Origin: a virus
IMG/VR virus record: IMGVR_UViG_3300027668_002455
Coordinates: 96,001 to 160,000 of that record
Direction: 5' to 3' (one strand)
DNA: 64,000 nucleotides
Shown: positions 29,501 through 41,100 of the stretch, piece after piece
Numbering within the stretch: position 1 is the first letter of the stretch
Layout: each line of letters opens with the position of its first letter
Notes under the pieces: generated by a model
What the model was told of the DNA's origin: nothing
The model's input: the letters and a program-made list of their open reading frames with translations, nothing else
Database searches by the model: none
Translations under genes and position numbers: made by a program

Positions 29501-32153
29501 TGGTTGCACTTCTCGTGGTCAAGCTATTAGGCTGGGTAAGTGGTTGGTTTATACAAATAATCTTGAAATAGAAAATGTATCTTTTAAAGCTGGCGTGGAG
29601 GCTAGTTATTTGCGTCCGGGAGATACCATATCCATATCTGATAATAACCGAAACCCATTCCGATGGGGAGGGCGAACAACAGTTATTTCAGGCGCAGACA
29701 CGACTACGAATACACCCGAAACTATTCAGTTAGATTCCTTTTTGGACCCCGAATACATTAATAATGATCAAGTATACAAGTTATCCCTTATAACCCCCGG
29801 ATGGAATTATGATAGTTACAATGTAAGCGGACTGAACTCCGACGACACCCCGGACATCAGGCGTAGTCAGGTGCAGGATTTTTTAATTAGCGGTAGCTTT
29901 ATTGATATGGGTTTAGATTTAGAAACTACTGCTCCTCCAAAATTTAGCACAATAAAATTAGGGGGTGCCACCGCAGTTCATTGGCCAGCATGGCTAGCTG
30001 GCGGTTTTGACGGCTCTACAAAAAATATTAACAGATCTGATTATACTGTAGGTAACAATCAGATTTGGACAATTAACCCAACAGGTAAAGAATTTGCCCT
30101 CGGAAGCTCTTTTGATGCATCTACTACTAAAGAGAAGCTTTTTCGAATAGTAGACGTAAAAGAAGATGAGAAACAAGTATTCTCGATTAAGGCTGTTGAA
30201 AATAACCCCATAAAATATGATAGAATAGAAGATGATTTATTATTCGAGCAGGCTGGGTTATATAACTCGCCCACACTAAAAGTTCCGGATGGACCCACGA
30301 GCCTCGCTCTTAAGATAGATCAATTTTCCCCAAATTCAGCACAAGTTAAATATTCTATTGGGGCCCCAACCAGCAAAAATGGTTTAGACGCTTATCAGGT
30401 ATTTGCAAAAGAAAATTCTCCTTTCTTTAGCATCTCAGACTTTACTGGAAATTACCCGGTGCTGTGGACACAGTATACCGGAGGATCACTAAGTGGACGG
30501 GCGTTTATAGATAATACCCCCCTTACAAAAGTAGTCTCTTCAGGTACCCAATATATCCCTGATAATGAACATAGAATCACCAGAATTCCAGCCCTAGCTC
30601 AGGCGCAAGGAATATTCAGACCTGAGCAATCAGGATCATGTCTATTTAAAGTATTTTCTGTGAATAACATGAATCAATACTCCTTGTCTTCTAGGTCCGA
30701 GAGGATAATCGTTCCCACGATTCACCCTATTGAAGATGTTGAGGTAGAAAACCTTGGACTATCAACCAATGAAGGTAGTCTTATAACGGCTGAAAAAAAG
30801 AAAAAACCAAGAATCGAATTTACTGGAGGTAGCCCAACTATACTTTGGACATCGACACTAGCTGCGTCCGGGTTTGTACCAAGCTCCTATGCGTACAGAC
30901 TTACGGTTAGAGAGCCTTCTGAAGGTACTCCCATTCCGAATCCAAACATTATCCATGAGATAACAGGATACAAGTCCGCTGACCGAGCGGCGACAAACTT
31001 AAGTGGATTTGCATTTACTTATGATTTAACAGGAAATTTATTTTATGCTTCTGGGAGGCGGACTTTTGACATCGTAGTAGAAGCTCATAATGAATATGGT
31101 GAAAGCTCTGCGGGCGGTAAATTTGGGTACAGCCTAGATCCAAGCGCACAGCCCTATACTGACAGTTCGGGGAATCTTATTACTGAAACTTATACAAAAT
31201 TAGATTCTCATTATACCAACATATATGGGTATGATATAGTCAGGCTAAATAATCCCCCCGTTCATGCCCACCTATCAAGCGACGGGGATGTTTGTGCTCC
31301 TAGTGATGATATTTGCACTACCCAGCAAATCACATTAGATAATAAAGTTAAAATGGTTTTTGAAAAAAATAGCCCCCAGAGTTTTAATAGGGATGTAGCT
31401 GGTGGATTTTTATACGTTTCCCCTCAGTATTTTGACGTTACTGGGGTACAGGGTGTTCTTCAAAATGACTTGCGCCATGACATTCAAAGAATAAAATTTG
31501 ATTATGCTCCGACCATTGAAGTTACCCCTACTGGGAATCTTTTACTAGATGGTTCGGCTTATATGGCTTACAGCCTTTATGATACCTTTGATCAAGAGAG
31601 AGACATCGCGTATCGTACTAATACAAAAAATAATCCAATCAAAAATAGAGGCTTTGATATGGCTAGAATGTTATCTGTAAGCTCTGTTCGTGAAGTTAAA
31701 CTCGACGACACAAACACAGTAAGAAAGATTATTAAACAGGGAAATCAAACCCTCACGTTTACCCTACCAGCCCAACGCCAATGGCACTTCCTTAAGATAG
31801 AGGGATCTCTCCAAGGGGAGAGGACCTTGTATACTAACGCTGAGTCTCAAAATGAGAAATGGCAGGAATTAAGTGAACTCAAAAATTGGAAAGTTTATGT
31901 TAATGACATCAGGGTAGATCAAGCTGAAAACTGGGCTTCTAATCCGCCCTCGGATAAAAACTTTGTATTTTGTAAAAATTCAAAATGGAATGGATCAACA
32001 GATTTATTGCCAGTATTTAATATACTTTCTAAAGGCGTTCCGCTTGAACAATTTAATAGAGACACAACCCTTACGGTTAAGCTAGAATTTGAAGGGACTA
32101 ATGTGGAATTTATTAACTTCAGCGCTGAAGCTGATTATGGAAGAAGGTATTAG
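23523..32153 (+). CDS. Central tail fibre/tip attachment protein, lambda gpJ-like, with large LamG/SPRY insertion
   Basis: DLIAEGPIEG, LYLNDTPV, VRVPSNYNP, WDGTWK...WTDNPAWCFLD, DKWTLYKIAQYCD, AFGCTSRGQAIRLGKW, LRPGD. Confidence 0.93.
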   Translation: MANAEPGIIVDGIKKKSISNIETIDLIAEGPIEGPVKQEYDYVGTLGATGWDTVNAQPEKNFLSSLYLNDTPVMDEQGLYNFQNIEVAITKGQPNGGIGNAQYFNDWDMHEAGVDYWKGNSPASFNINVSPDTEQNPEQYQNCELTKVINPNPRSVSTYRQKQAVLSLGSGYPERSSSAAYGEYSVKMPPSAALVVRDPVLGDDLYNFWPRQGGFVATEEEDYTPEEIIEAQNKQAFTFEAQVQGSDSNGPQVLAGKGNPNYPGGWVLMMVPSNEALDDDGNFYFKVTFINNNISLDTGHVMQFGVWSHVAVCLSERAVKIFINGVEQTGGGKNYPNIKLSSPTDLFLGRHPDGSTNPLRNVFLDNICMSNRAKYATNFTPGKVEPNDSTLFLIDGEDWRFEGEVPIIPQDDSIEINTMLRGTLVNDQRFVLQSNQILKDLNTAANATFYDFSCVNAKLLKNNTPQYDTTITDPGGGSTPSIYFDGTEGLANEGTLQNTSRMVDSLTPHAEVFLNPNYYNYTTNGSREWLFETWIYPASMSNGDEQFVAGLMRGDGTSAPWMLTTKHESGATKIYWSCVDITDESVKQLSGSISTASWNHVQVIYNGSYCRLFVDGIQVDTRGIIPSHETLNEDTRFCIARSHPNVIMDSFKGYIFNARILGGESIAPVETGNTSVWRKITAMGPSVPTAAFTSTTNCKLLLHSNTTDGSTTFTDSTGNYSIGRFGNAVNSTTKKKFGTSSIYFDGWNDGGELASSLYIDTTAGQLGVGVYTVEMWFNTSKSGLQYLISRNSSQQYGGLCISPESNYIQWGGNCTGPVLHASGVTINLNTWHHVAVVSNGKGNSAHIYFDGVQVGHTSSWDNWGYPTASHRITIGAQTYNGARPRYLFEGYIDEIRWSDVPRYSPQENYATLSSTDFAGCGVLGDGNLSFTDASGHCAARSTQTIAPGKGKIYFEVLCIDAASIWSSPPAIGVMGVGSPISRQLDASPSRWVRGNGYKYSNGSEIAAGYSTWSNGDIIGVEIDSTAGTFKFRINNGSWTTAFTDLGDTTWIPTIKIAETSIKLTVNFGQDYYFAGGKPSGQDTSQTQFYYAPPSDAVALSLLTVGQATVSSSRPGQVFALQSDAEDGTTEFTDLSSYRNAITANGSVENSTDVNNQAGNQESSVFFNKAAGTFLSSTAAKDGANFNNDDWTVELWVRPDHALGSTAECFMSCGGGTANWNSSTGHSWAITNYANKIYWQWNTTGSGFGEIYTSNTAVPANEWTHIAMVNQSGTKRLYIGGVQKGEDTTEKTTTSMPTMLSFGQTSVLNEGPFGGYINNASIQRDYCKYPDGATFLPSTARLVGYWSSGATWMNRQYGPGEGTNGQPYFTPNTSQFIGNITVANDGELVIQKDFIGTGKLLKVTRPEDSIEVERSGGLNVHVIQWGSGKPYPTYGTHYPWNDTINKNRPGIDESTWVPGDYGDLDGTSFSSHRGNYIRGHVANTPVVETEHLIKKRFFVQKVPLKGGENYTISCRSYRATNTSQGNAGFKFVAWLDSGSGPYAESSTFTPIAEKLSSVDESQNAMSYTFTAPPGTMESWIGVELLHGNSTLYFDKVTLESSKGFPLTKAKAIKERLRGPTVDGSGNPTGDNYSVDMFAKKYRIVNKHCVGAEVHLKIDALYNSVKSSGDLIDASINNIVVKFRPLIHNGTSAYKDAYDQQITGRADVPFLWVFDLDFKEVISSFSASDRNNFYGWEIKIYRTEPEVTVTNIKKSTTVDVLVEKYDTAAAYPNSSVIRQRFNAAYFNSIPSRSVDVRLLRVRVPSNYNPIKKTYDESQGPWDGTWKTQKYWTDNPAWCFLDMITNDRYGLGRYIPLDGFDKWTLYKIAQYCDVIVPDGAGGMEPRLTLNTIITSREDAFKVINDMASVFRGLLYYAAGQIYAIQDSKKDPIYTFTNANAQDGNFTYSNKSRKERYNVGIIRYNDKTNFYKPAIEYVEDLAGIRANGVREQEITAFGCTSRGQAIRLGKWLVYTNNLEIENVSFKAGVEASYLRPGDTISISDNNRNPFRWGGRTTVISGADTTTNTPETIQLDSFLDPEYINNDQVYKLSLITPGWNYDSYNVSGLNSDDTPDIRRSQVQDFLISGSFIDMGLDLETTAPPKFSTIKLGGATAVHWPAWLAGGFDGSTKNINRSDYTVGNNQIWTINPTGKEFALGSSFDASTTKEKLFRIVDVKEDEKQVFSIKAVENNPIKYDRIEDDLLFEQAGLYNSPTLKVPDGPTSLALKIDQFSPNSAQVKYSIGAPTSKNGLDAYQVFAKENSPFFSISDFTGNYPVLWTQYTGGSLSGRAFIDNTPLTKVVSSGTQYIPDNEHRITRIPALAQAQGIFRPEQSGSCLFKVFSVNNMNQYSLSSRSERIIVPTIHPIEDVEVENLGLSTNEGSLITAEKKKKPRIEFTGGSPTILWTSTLAASGFVPSSYAYRLTVREPSEGTPIPNPNIIHEITGYKSADRAATNLSGFAFTYDLTGNLFYASGRRTFDIVVEAHNEYGESSAGGKFGYSLDPSAQPYTDSSGNLITETYTKLDSHYTNIYGYDIVRLNNPPVHAHLSSDGDVCAPSDDICTTQQITLDNKVKMVFEKNSPQSFNRDVAGGFLYVSPQYFDVTGVQGVLQNDLRHDIQRIKFDYAPTIEVTPTGNLLLDGSAYMAYSLYDTFDQERDIAYRTNTKNNPIKNRGFDMARMLSVSSVREVKLDDTNTVRKIIKQGNQTLTFTLPAQRQWHFLKIEGSLQGERTLYTNAESQNEKWQELSELKNWKVYVNDIRVDQAENWASNPPSDKNFVFCKNSKWNGSTDLLPVFNILSKGVPLEQFNRDTTLTVKLEFEGTNVEFINFSAEADYGRRY

Positions 32154-35100
32154 CTTCTCTTTTCGCTGTAGAGAAGACCACCGGGGCGTTTTTGGTAAAC
32201 AATCTCCTGTACCACTGCGCCTTTAATTCTAACGCCAAGCTCTTTATTGCGCTCGTTTTCCTCTAATCCGCCCTGTGTATTTTGATCCTTTTCGCCGAGT
32301 GCTGTCCTTCCGTCGTCACTACCGCCACCCTCATTGGTAACATTAACATTGATAGTAAAGTCATTATTAACTGAGGAAGCGCTTCCGCCGCCAGAAGAAG
32401 GTGTCTCACCCCCGCCTCGTGGACCTACGTAGCCGCCCTCGGCAAAGTGCTGTACTTCTCCTTTATTTAATTTGTTCATGAAACCCATACCATACAAGTC
32501 TACGGTTTCCTTGGGAACCACCCACTCCCCGGCTGTTAGCATGGCGGGAACCGTGTCCCGGCCCCTTGTGTGTGCAGGTCCCCCAGCAGCCACGTGCATC
32601 GTATCGTGATCCTGCCTAAATAACTTCAGCCTTGACGCATCGATCATTGTCTTCGGTCTCGTAATTCCGCCACCGCCGTCACCTTTCGTTAAGTTACTGG
32701 TTGCGCCCAAGATATTCACATCGCCTAAGCCGCCCTTTTTGCCCGTGCCCCCAGCTTTCTTCGATGGTGTCGTCAAGGGGCTGCCATAATTCGCTCCCGG
32801 TTGAAAACCTAACAATTGTTGTAGAAAGTTTTGTTTGGGAGTTCTGTCCTTTGTGAATTGCTTAAGCATAGCTTGATCCTGCATCTGCTCCATTACTCTA
32901 TCAGCCCGGGCAACTTTATCCGACCCGTACACGCCTCCGCCGGGTGCCGTAGCAGGAAACCCTGTAGTCTTAGCCATCTGCATGTCCCGCACGCCTTGTG
33001 CCTTGTACTGCTGGACTTCTATCTGCGCAGGCGTACCCCCAATCGAACTGACGGGCGCACTGCTTATCGCCTGTGCCCAACCGCTACTGCCGGGTTTAAT
33101 GACTTTTCCGCCTTTCGTTAGGACCTCGCCCGACTTGAGTGGCTTGCCCGTTTTCGGGTTCTTCGCCTTGGGCGAGGAACCCATTGACTGCATTCCAGCC
33201 TGAATGCCCACCATTGCAATTTGCATAACTGCGCTTTGAATGATCTTCCTTCTTTGGGTCTTGTATGCCATCATGGCATTTTTCTTCATTTCATCATCGG
33301 CGGCTTTGTCTTTGAGGTATTGATCAAGGGTAGCTTCTCTAGAGAATTTATATGCATTTTGCGGATTGCTGCTATCCATCTGTCCGAGGGCCGACAGCCT
33401 AGAATCAACATTAAACGACCCCGCCGTAGGTTTCTTTGGGTCATTCCAGTCGTAGGTGTTTTGAAGGTTACTCCGCGCAGAATCAGCCGACCCACCAGCT
33501 GCAAATTTATTAACTCTTCCTGCATTTAGATCGTTTAGATAATTAGTTCCATATTTGCGAGCAGATGATTCTTTTATGACATACTCTCCACGTCCCAATC
33601 TGGCGGGAATGTCATCTACACCACCCTTACCGCCCGACACTAGACCACCCTTCTGGAAAGTCTGGACACCCCGTATGCCGCCTACGACATGACCGCCTGT
33701 GGCAGCACCCGGAGCACCGGGTTGAGGTATTAAAGCTTTTCCAACAGCATTAAAAGCAGTATTAACGAGGCTACTAATGGAGGTGCTGAGCATATCAGCA
33801 GCTATATCCTGCATTACCTTGGCCATCGCCTCCCTGAAGGTCATGGTGCCATTAATGGCAGCAGCAAAAGCGTCTTTTACGCCATCCTTGAATGCCTTAC
33901 CATTCCGATCAATCATTTTGATAAAATCTTTTTGGGCCGCATTTTTTTCTAGATGAGTTAGAGCCATAAGGGTGCTTTTAAGTGCGCTGTTAAAATCCCC
34001 CGCGCTCATGTCACCCTCCATCATGGTTTCAGCTAGCGCCCTCATGCCTGACTCGTACTCCGCCTGTGCGATGGTTCCGTCAGCGAGTGCTAGATTAAGT
34101 CTTTCTTGCTCCATTGGAGCACGCGCTTTCGCCATTCTGATCTCAGCTTGATTGGCATTAATCTGCCCATCTTTTAGCTGATTAAGAATATCGACCCTCT
34201 TTTTATCTAATTCAATCGAGTCGTTTTCAAGTTTATTAAGATTTTGTTTAGTCAGTGCCATCCCCATTGCGCGCCGAGCACCAATATCCGTATTGTCAGC
34301 CTCCATACCAGCGTTCATTGCACCAAGTTTGGTGTTAAGACTCGCGCCAAACGCGCCCTTTACTTCGCCCTCCCGCTTATCCCGCATTCGGCCAGCGTCC
34401 TTATAGATATTGAGGGGGTTGTACACGTCATCATTACTAAGGTTGTCCAGTGTCGTCTGTACATTGTCATAAGTGCTGCCGCCTTTGAGCATTTTTGCAT
34501 TGTTTCGGTCAACTTCATCCTGTTTTAGTTTTTTCGGATCATAGGATCCCAGCATACCTAATTCGCGATTTAGTTTTGCTGTTGCGTGTGTCGCTTCTTT
34601 TGTCTTCTCACTAAGTAGGAAGTTAGCAGTCGCTTGGGTGATTATCCCGTTGGAAACTTTTTGCGCAATTTCTGTTCTGTATAGATCAAGTTCGTTATTT
34701 TTCTCAATAGCAGCGGCTAAGTCCCCAGTAACTTTATAGTATTCCACGGCAGCTGCTTTTTGTGACTCTATGACTTGTGCGTTGGCAGCATTAAGACTAC
34801 CGATTAAAGCCGAACCAAGTTTTTTAGTTACTTCGCTGCTCCTCATCGCGCGTACCGCCTCGTTACCCACATCTCCTAAGGCTGCGACATAGCCCTTTAA
34901 ACTTTCCCCCGCCTGCCTAGTTCCGTCTTCTACGCCTTCTTGCAAAAATTTAGTAATATCGCTTTTAAATTGATCTGGGTCTAAAAAGCCTTTTTCGCGT
35001 TTGGATTTTTTCACTGCCTCTTGTGCTTTTCTCATCGCCTCAGCCAACTCTGTGATGTCGTCACCCGCGATTTCTCCATCCGCAGCGACACTCCTTAGTA

Positions 35101-38100
35101 CAGTACCCAAGTTGCTCATCGCGTTCGTAGCCACTTCACCCTCAATACCATATTTCGACATCTGTAACCTTAGGTCCTGCATCGAGGAGGAGGTCTCAAG
35201 GATTACGTCTCTTGCATCGATACTACCCTTAATTGCCGCAGACTCTTTATCCCTAGCCTCAGAAAGTTTGAGCAATTGGTCGATTTGTTTGGTTAAATCA
35301 ACCTCGGTCTTTTTACCCTTAGCATCATTGACTAGCGCATCCATGGTTTTCGAAATACCATTTTGTACTTCTTCAAAATTTTTCCTGCCAGCCGTGAATG
35401 ACGACATATTAATGGTATCTTGGAAGAGCATTATTTCTTTTCGAGCTTGCTTAAGCTTCTCTGCCATAAGTGCAGGGTCTATATCTTTTAAATCAAGATC
35501 TTGTCCTTTCTGATTTTTAAACAATGAGTCACTCAGCTCTGTCATGAATTTTTCAACTTTTTCCCGTTCTTTGTCGGGTAAAGATCTATTCGACCCACTA
35601 AAATCTTGGACAGCCTTCGCTATATTCTCCATATTAGCCGCACGACTTGGAGCAGCGATTGTCTCGACCTTGTCCCGAGCTCTTCCCGCTTGAACCGGGT
35701 TCAGTGGATTACCGTCCCCAAAGGGTGCGGACGTCTCACCCAAGGATATCATCTGTGCCTTAGTCTTTATCTCTTCAAGTGAGTCTTTAAGTTGTTTCAT
35801 ATCTGCGGCAGAAAGTACACCATCATCATCAGTAAGCCTCGTAAGTAGTTCGTTCATGTCATAAAAGCCATCAACAATCATTTGGTCACCTTCTTTTGTG
35901 CCTGCGAAACCCTTAAGATTTGACATCTCGCCAAACGCCTTGCTGATCATCGTCGTCATCGACCCTACATTTTCCCTGCTCTTCTCCATGCCCCCCTTAT
36001 CCAGCTGGTTGAGCGCTGTAGTCAACTTACCTAGACTAGTTGTATTGTTCTGAAGTTCGGTTTTTAGCTGACCGATTTCTTTATTATATTGTGTGATCGC
36101 CTTCTCCTGCGAGGCCTTCGCCCTTTCCAGATTCGCAATACTCTTCTCGGCAGCTACTCTCTTTTTGGTGGCTTCATCCGCAGCGCGCTGCCAAGTTGAT
36201 TCATTCGCCAACATAGCATCATACTCTCGAGTGTTCTCACGCTTGTTACTCGGAAAATCGGGCTTTCCCGCTCTGAAGGCCTCCTCGTACATTGGTGTAC
36301 CGTATTTGTGGCCCGCCGGCAGTGCTTTGCCCTCCTCGGGTGTTCGCCCCCAGCGACCAGTGTCCTTGTCACCGATCCAAGTCCCTCCTCTGGCATTCTT
36401 TTCAAAAGCTTCGCGGGCTGCCCTTGTTGTTTCTTTATTTTTCAGTGAAGTTTCTTCGTTTTGTTTCAAAAGAGCCAACCCCTCAATAGTTTTAGTAAGG
36501 GCGGCACTGGTTCTGGCAAAGGCTTCTGCCGCGACGCCGCGGGCGTGCTCGCGCCCTTTTAAAGTTTGCGCGATTTTGTCCCCTTCGGCTCCCCCTCCAG
36601 CATATTGTTTTTGTAATCTTTGAAGTTCCTTTGACTGTTCACTCCCGGCTGAGAAAGCTGCCATTGGATTACCCAAACCCCTTCTCGCTGCCCAATTGGC
36701 TCTGGGTTGCCCGGGGATGCTACCGCCCCCACCAAAGCCCGGGCCGCGATCACCACCGACGCCGCCCTGCGCGCCAATGGGCAGCCCGGTGACAGGGTCA
36801 GTTCCCCCTCCCCCTTCTTTACCAGCATCCTGCCAATTTGCAATAAACACCTTTAAGTTGTTTTTGCCATCAAATGAGAATCTCTCGTTTTGAGAAAACA
36901 GATCTTTTATCTCTCTGTCAGGTTTAATTAAATTTTTAGCTTGAGTTCTTGAAATGTCTTCTAGTTTTTTGTTGCTGAAGATTTGCTCCGACGACCCACC
37001 GAGCATTTTATCTAAGAATAACCTATGATTCTTTTGAAGTTGCTGGGTTAAGGGTTCAACATAGGCATTAGCGGGGTTATTGCCACCGGGGTCGGTAAGG
37101 CTTCTGAGCATTTTAAGATTGGCTATCATGCCGCTCGTTTGTAAATCCCTGCCCGAATCCCCAAGCATATTTCCTTGTTTATAATTTAATTTGTTAGATT
37201 CCCAGTCTTTAAAAGCTTTGATGGGGGCTCCGGCAGCGCCCCCGATACCACCTGCAAAACTTATTTGCTGAGCTAATTTCAACTGAGCCGTAGCAGCTAC
37301 TTTCATCGCTTTCGCGTAGTCCATCTCTGCCTTCTGCTTAGCCCTCATCACTGTAATTTCTCGAGATGTTGCGGAAGTGAGGTCCTCTAACGCTTCCCGA
37401 TGCTTCTTCATATTAGCGACAACAACTCTATTCTCCGCACCACCGGCGGGGCCCTTTGCCATTTTAATGGCATCAGCGATAGCCTTGTCTGCCCCTGATA
37501 AATCTGCATTTCTTATTGCTTCAAAAAATGCTGGGCCAAACTTTTTATTTATTTGGTTCTGAAAGTCTTTACCCATGAAGCCGCCCTTCTGAGGAGTAAG
37601 CTTTTCAGTCCCCCTTACCTTACTAAGAAGATGTGTTTCGAGATCCGACATTAGAGCTTCTTGTTTTTTAACCTGAAGGTCATTTAGCTCGTTCGCATGT
37701 TTTATTCTGAGCCTGCGCTCTTCTGAAGCGGCGTTAAATTCTATTAGCGTTCGTTCTGAAGCTGTTTTAGAAAGATTATCTACTAGAGTCTTAGTTCCAA
37801 GGTCAAACATCTTAAGAGTCTGATCTTCGAAAAGTTTAGTTAGTGATTTTTTTAATGTTATTTGATTTTTAAGACCCTTAAGGTTGTTTTTGAATTTTTG
37901 AATTTCGTCATGAAGAAGACTAGTTTCCTTCGCAAATGCATCCTCTTCTTTAATCAAGCCCTCTTCCATAGTGGCCCGCCGCTTTAAAATTGGAAGTAAT
38001 TTTCCATTGATGATCATGTGCAATCTCATGAAGTCATCTTCATCTAGATTAACTTTTTGATCCATTTCCTTGAGTGATTCGAGAAGATCCTTCTGCTCTG

Positions 38101-41100
38101 CTGAAAGACCGTCAAGGGAAGAGAGTTGTGCCACCACCTTCCTATTGTAGGCTTGCGCTTCATCTTGGGAGATATTATACTCATCTGAGAGACTCTTACC
38201 ACTGTCCTTCAAATTAGTAAACTCCTTCAACATTTCTCTAGCCTTCTTCTGACCCACACCATCCAGCATACTTGCAAACCCCTGTGCCGCCTTAGCCATG
38301 TTTTCTGCAGAGGTATCCTTTGAATATAGCATACCTTGATTTTGAGCGAAGGCATCTAGTGCCGTTGCTGAAGCCCCTGCCCCTTGGGCCATTTGATTAA
38401 ATCTCGATGCGGCACTTTTTATAGCTGCATTAAGCTCTCGAATATCTTCTACACTCGTATTAACATCTTGGATTTTTGAAATAACCTCGGCCTTGGTGTT
38501 TAACTTATCTTTGCCAACAGTAACACCACCACTCCTCTTCATTGTGTCGCCAATGCCGGCGAGATTCAGGCTTCTGATTATGTCATTCTTTGCAGCCGCG
38601 ACCCCAGCCGCGTCCCCTTTACCAAGGGCTTTACCAAACGCAGAGGTTGCCTCACTGGCTTTGGACATGTGTTCATTAAGATTTTTAAAAGACTCGGCAG
38701 ATTTTTTTGCAGCCTCTTGTACTCGTTTACGGGCAGCCGCTCCCTTTGCGTCATAAGCCCCCTGCATTAGCTTATTAACCCCGATTCCAACCGCCGCTAC
38801 TGCGAGAGCAATTGCAACCGCTGGGTTAGCCGCTGCTGCGGCATACGCAGCGCGCCCGCCACGTGCAATTCCGCCGCCCATCCTAGCTCCCAGACCCTTC
38901 GTGCCACCCCCCTTATTAGCTTTAAAACGCATATCCGGCTTTCCGGACTTAGTAAGAGGCCCACTGAAGGCACTTTTTCCCATACTGACTTTCGCAGAGG
39001 CGATGACGCTTTTAGTCCATACAGCCAACCCTGCGATGCTGGCGCTAATCCCTGTACCAAGTTTACTAAGAGCGCCCAATATTCCCCCGTAGCTTTGGGT
39101 AGCCATTGCAATCATGGGATAATACATCGCAAAAGAGGCCGATAAATCCAGTACACTGCTACTAAATGTAGAGACACCCTCATTTGTCTCTTTTAGTCTA
39201 TCACTCATGACGCTCAGTTGACTACCGACCATCATCATGCCCATTGACATGCCCATGCCCATATCATCGCCGCCACCTTGTTTTTTCTGTGCAAAGTTAG
39301 GAATATAACCATCCGCTTTTCCCTGTCTTTGGATGCTTTTCATGGTCGCACCGGAAGCTAGATGCATATTAATTGCATTACCTAGTGAACCCTCTTTGGT
39401 ATTGTAAACCCCTGTACCGCCGTTCAAGCGATCATCATGACCCACGCGTACCTGATCTCTTCTTACTCCAGCGCGGTCTTCTCTATCTATAGCTGCTCCA
39501 AGCCCTCCAAGTGCGAAGTTTGGAATAAAACCTCCCGCCTTGGTTTTTTTGGACAGGAGCCCTGTATCGGCTCTTGCAGACGTATTGTTTGTCGGCCTAG
39601 AAATTAAGCTCTCAAACTCAATCTTATTCCGACGAAGCCCGTCAACAACAACTTCCTTTGGCATACTGCCTACCATACCTTGAAGCTGTTTTAAGCTTCT
39701 AAATTTTTTCTCTGGCCCCACTTCAGGCATTGAGAAGATGCCAGATGTGACCATGTTCGGTCTCATTCTGTGTCGAAGCTGGGGAAACGCAACTTTACTC
39801 ATCCCTTCGAAAGGTGACATGCGGCCTAATAATTCAGATTTTCTTTTCTCAGGTGACTGCGAAGGGAGACCGGCCCAAAGTTGATTGATTAACTGGCTTG
39901 AATATATTGGTTTGCCTGTCTCTTGGCTGACATTAGCTAACTCTTTAAATTGTTGAAATCCCCTTCCTTTTTGTTTTGACATGTTATATTGAATCTGAAG
40001 GGCCTCCTGCCCGGCAAGCCCTGAAGAACGCGAGTGCATCTTGCCCGATGTGTAATCCATCCTCCCACCCTCATCACCACCAATATACTTCATGCCCCCG
40101 CGCTCGCCATCATCCCAACGCCGCAAGCCCGGTGCTAGCTTGTTCTTATTGAGCGTCTTAGCTAGGTGAGCCCTCTGTTTCTCCGCCCAAGGGTTACCTC
40201 TTGGGGCCATAAAATTAGGAACAAAACCGAGTGCCGAAATTGCCTTCTGCATTCTAGTCGCCGTACTCAGCTTTTGTTTTTGAGTCATTTTCCGCGCACC
40301 AGACGAACCGGGTCCAGCCTTCAGATTTTTTCCAAGCCCGGGTAACTCTGTCGCGAACCTCGCCCCCAGCCCCATATCATCAAGAAGACCCTCGGTATAT
40401 GCCTTATTTATAAGACTTTGCTTGGCCTCACCCGTAGCTGACCTTTTTGCATCAGCCTTCTTTAATTGGGAACCGAATTTAAAAGTTTTTATAAATTTAG
40501 AGTTTGCTTTCTCCCCTCTCCCCTCTTCAAAATCAAACGGAGCCTTAAAGCTTCCGCCCGCCTCCGATAGCTCATCTAGCTGCCCGGGGGTATTGGTGGC
40601 AATCCTTGCTAGATTTTCAAATATGTCTCCCTCCGTACCGGGGGATAAAAAGGCATTTGATTTTTTAAGTGAATCTACTAGCCCTTTCTTGTCTTTAAGT
40701 CTGCCTTTATGGTTAAGTCCTGTATGCTTAAGAAACTGCTCAGTTAAACTTACCATTGGCCCTGCCATGTGATCTGAGATTTGTTGAGAAAACTTTTTCG
40801 AAGTTTCATCTCCTTTTTTTGGCATACTTTGAAGAGAGCTTATCTGCAAACCTGTAAATTTTATCGAATCATTTGATAAATCATTACTCTTCATTAGGTC
40901 CGAAAGTGCAGGTATTTTCTTAATCGGCAGTTGAGCGTGGTCTGACTTATTCGGCGTTCCATAATAAGATAAAAGACCTATTGCTCCCTGCGTATTATAT
41001 GTATGTATATTTCGGGGATTTTTGGGCTCTCTGCCAGCCTTAGATTCTTTTATATTTTTTTGTGTACCATAACTATAACCCTGACCCGACGCCACATGAC

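Noticed and set aside
7748-32153. Diversity-generating retroelement or invertase shufflon acting on the fibres
   Set aside because: No reverse transcriptase, recombinase, template/variable repeat pair or inverted crossover sites seen.
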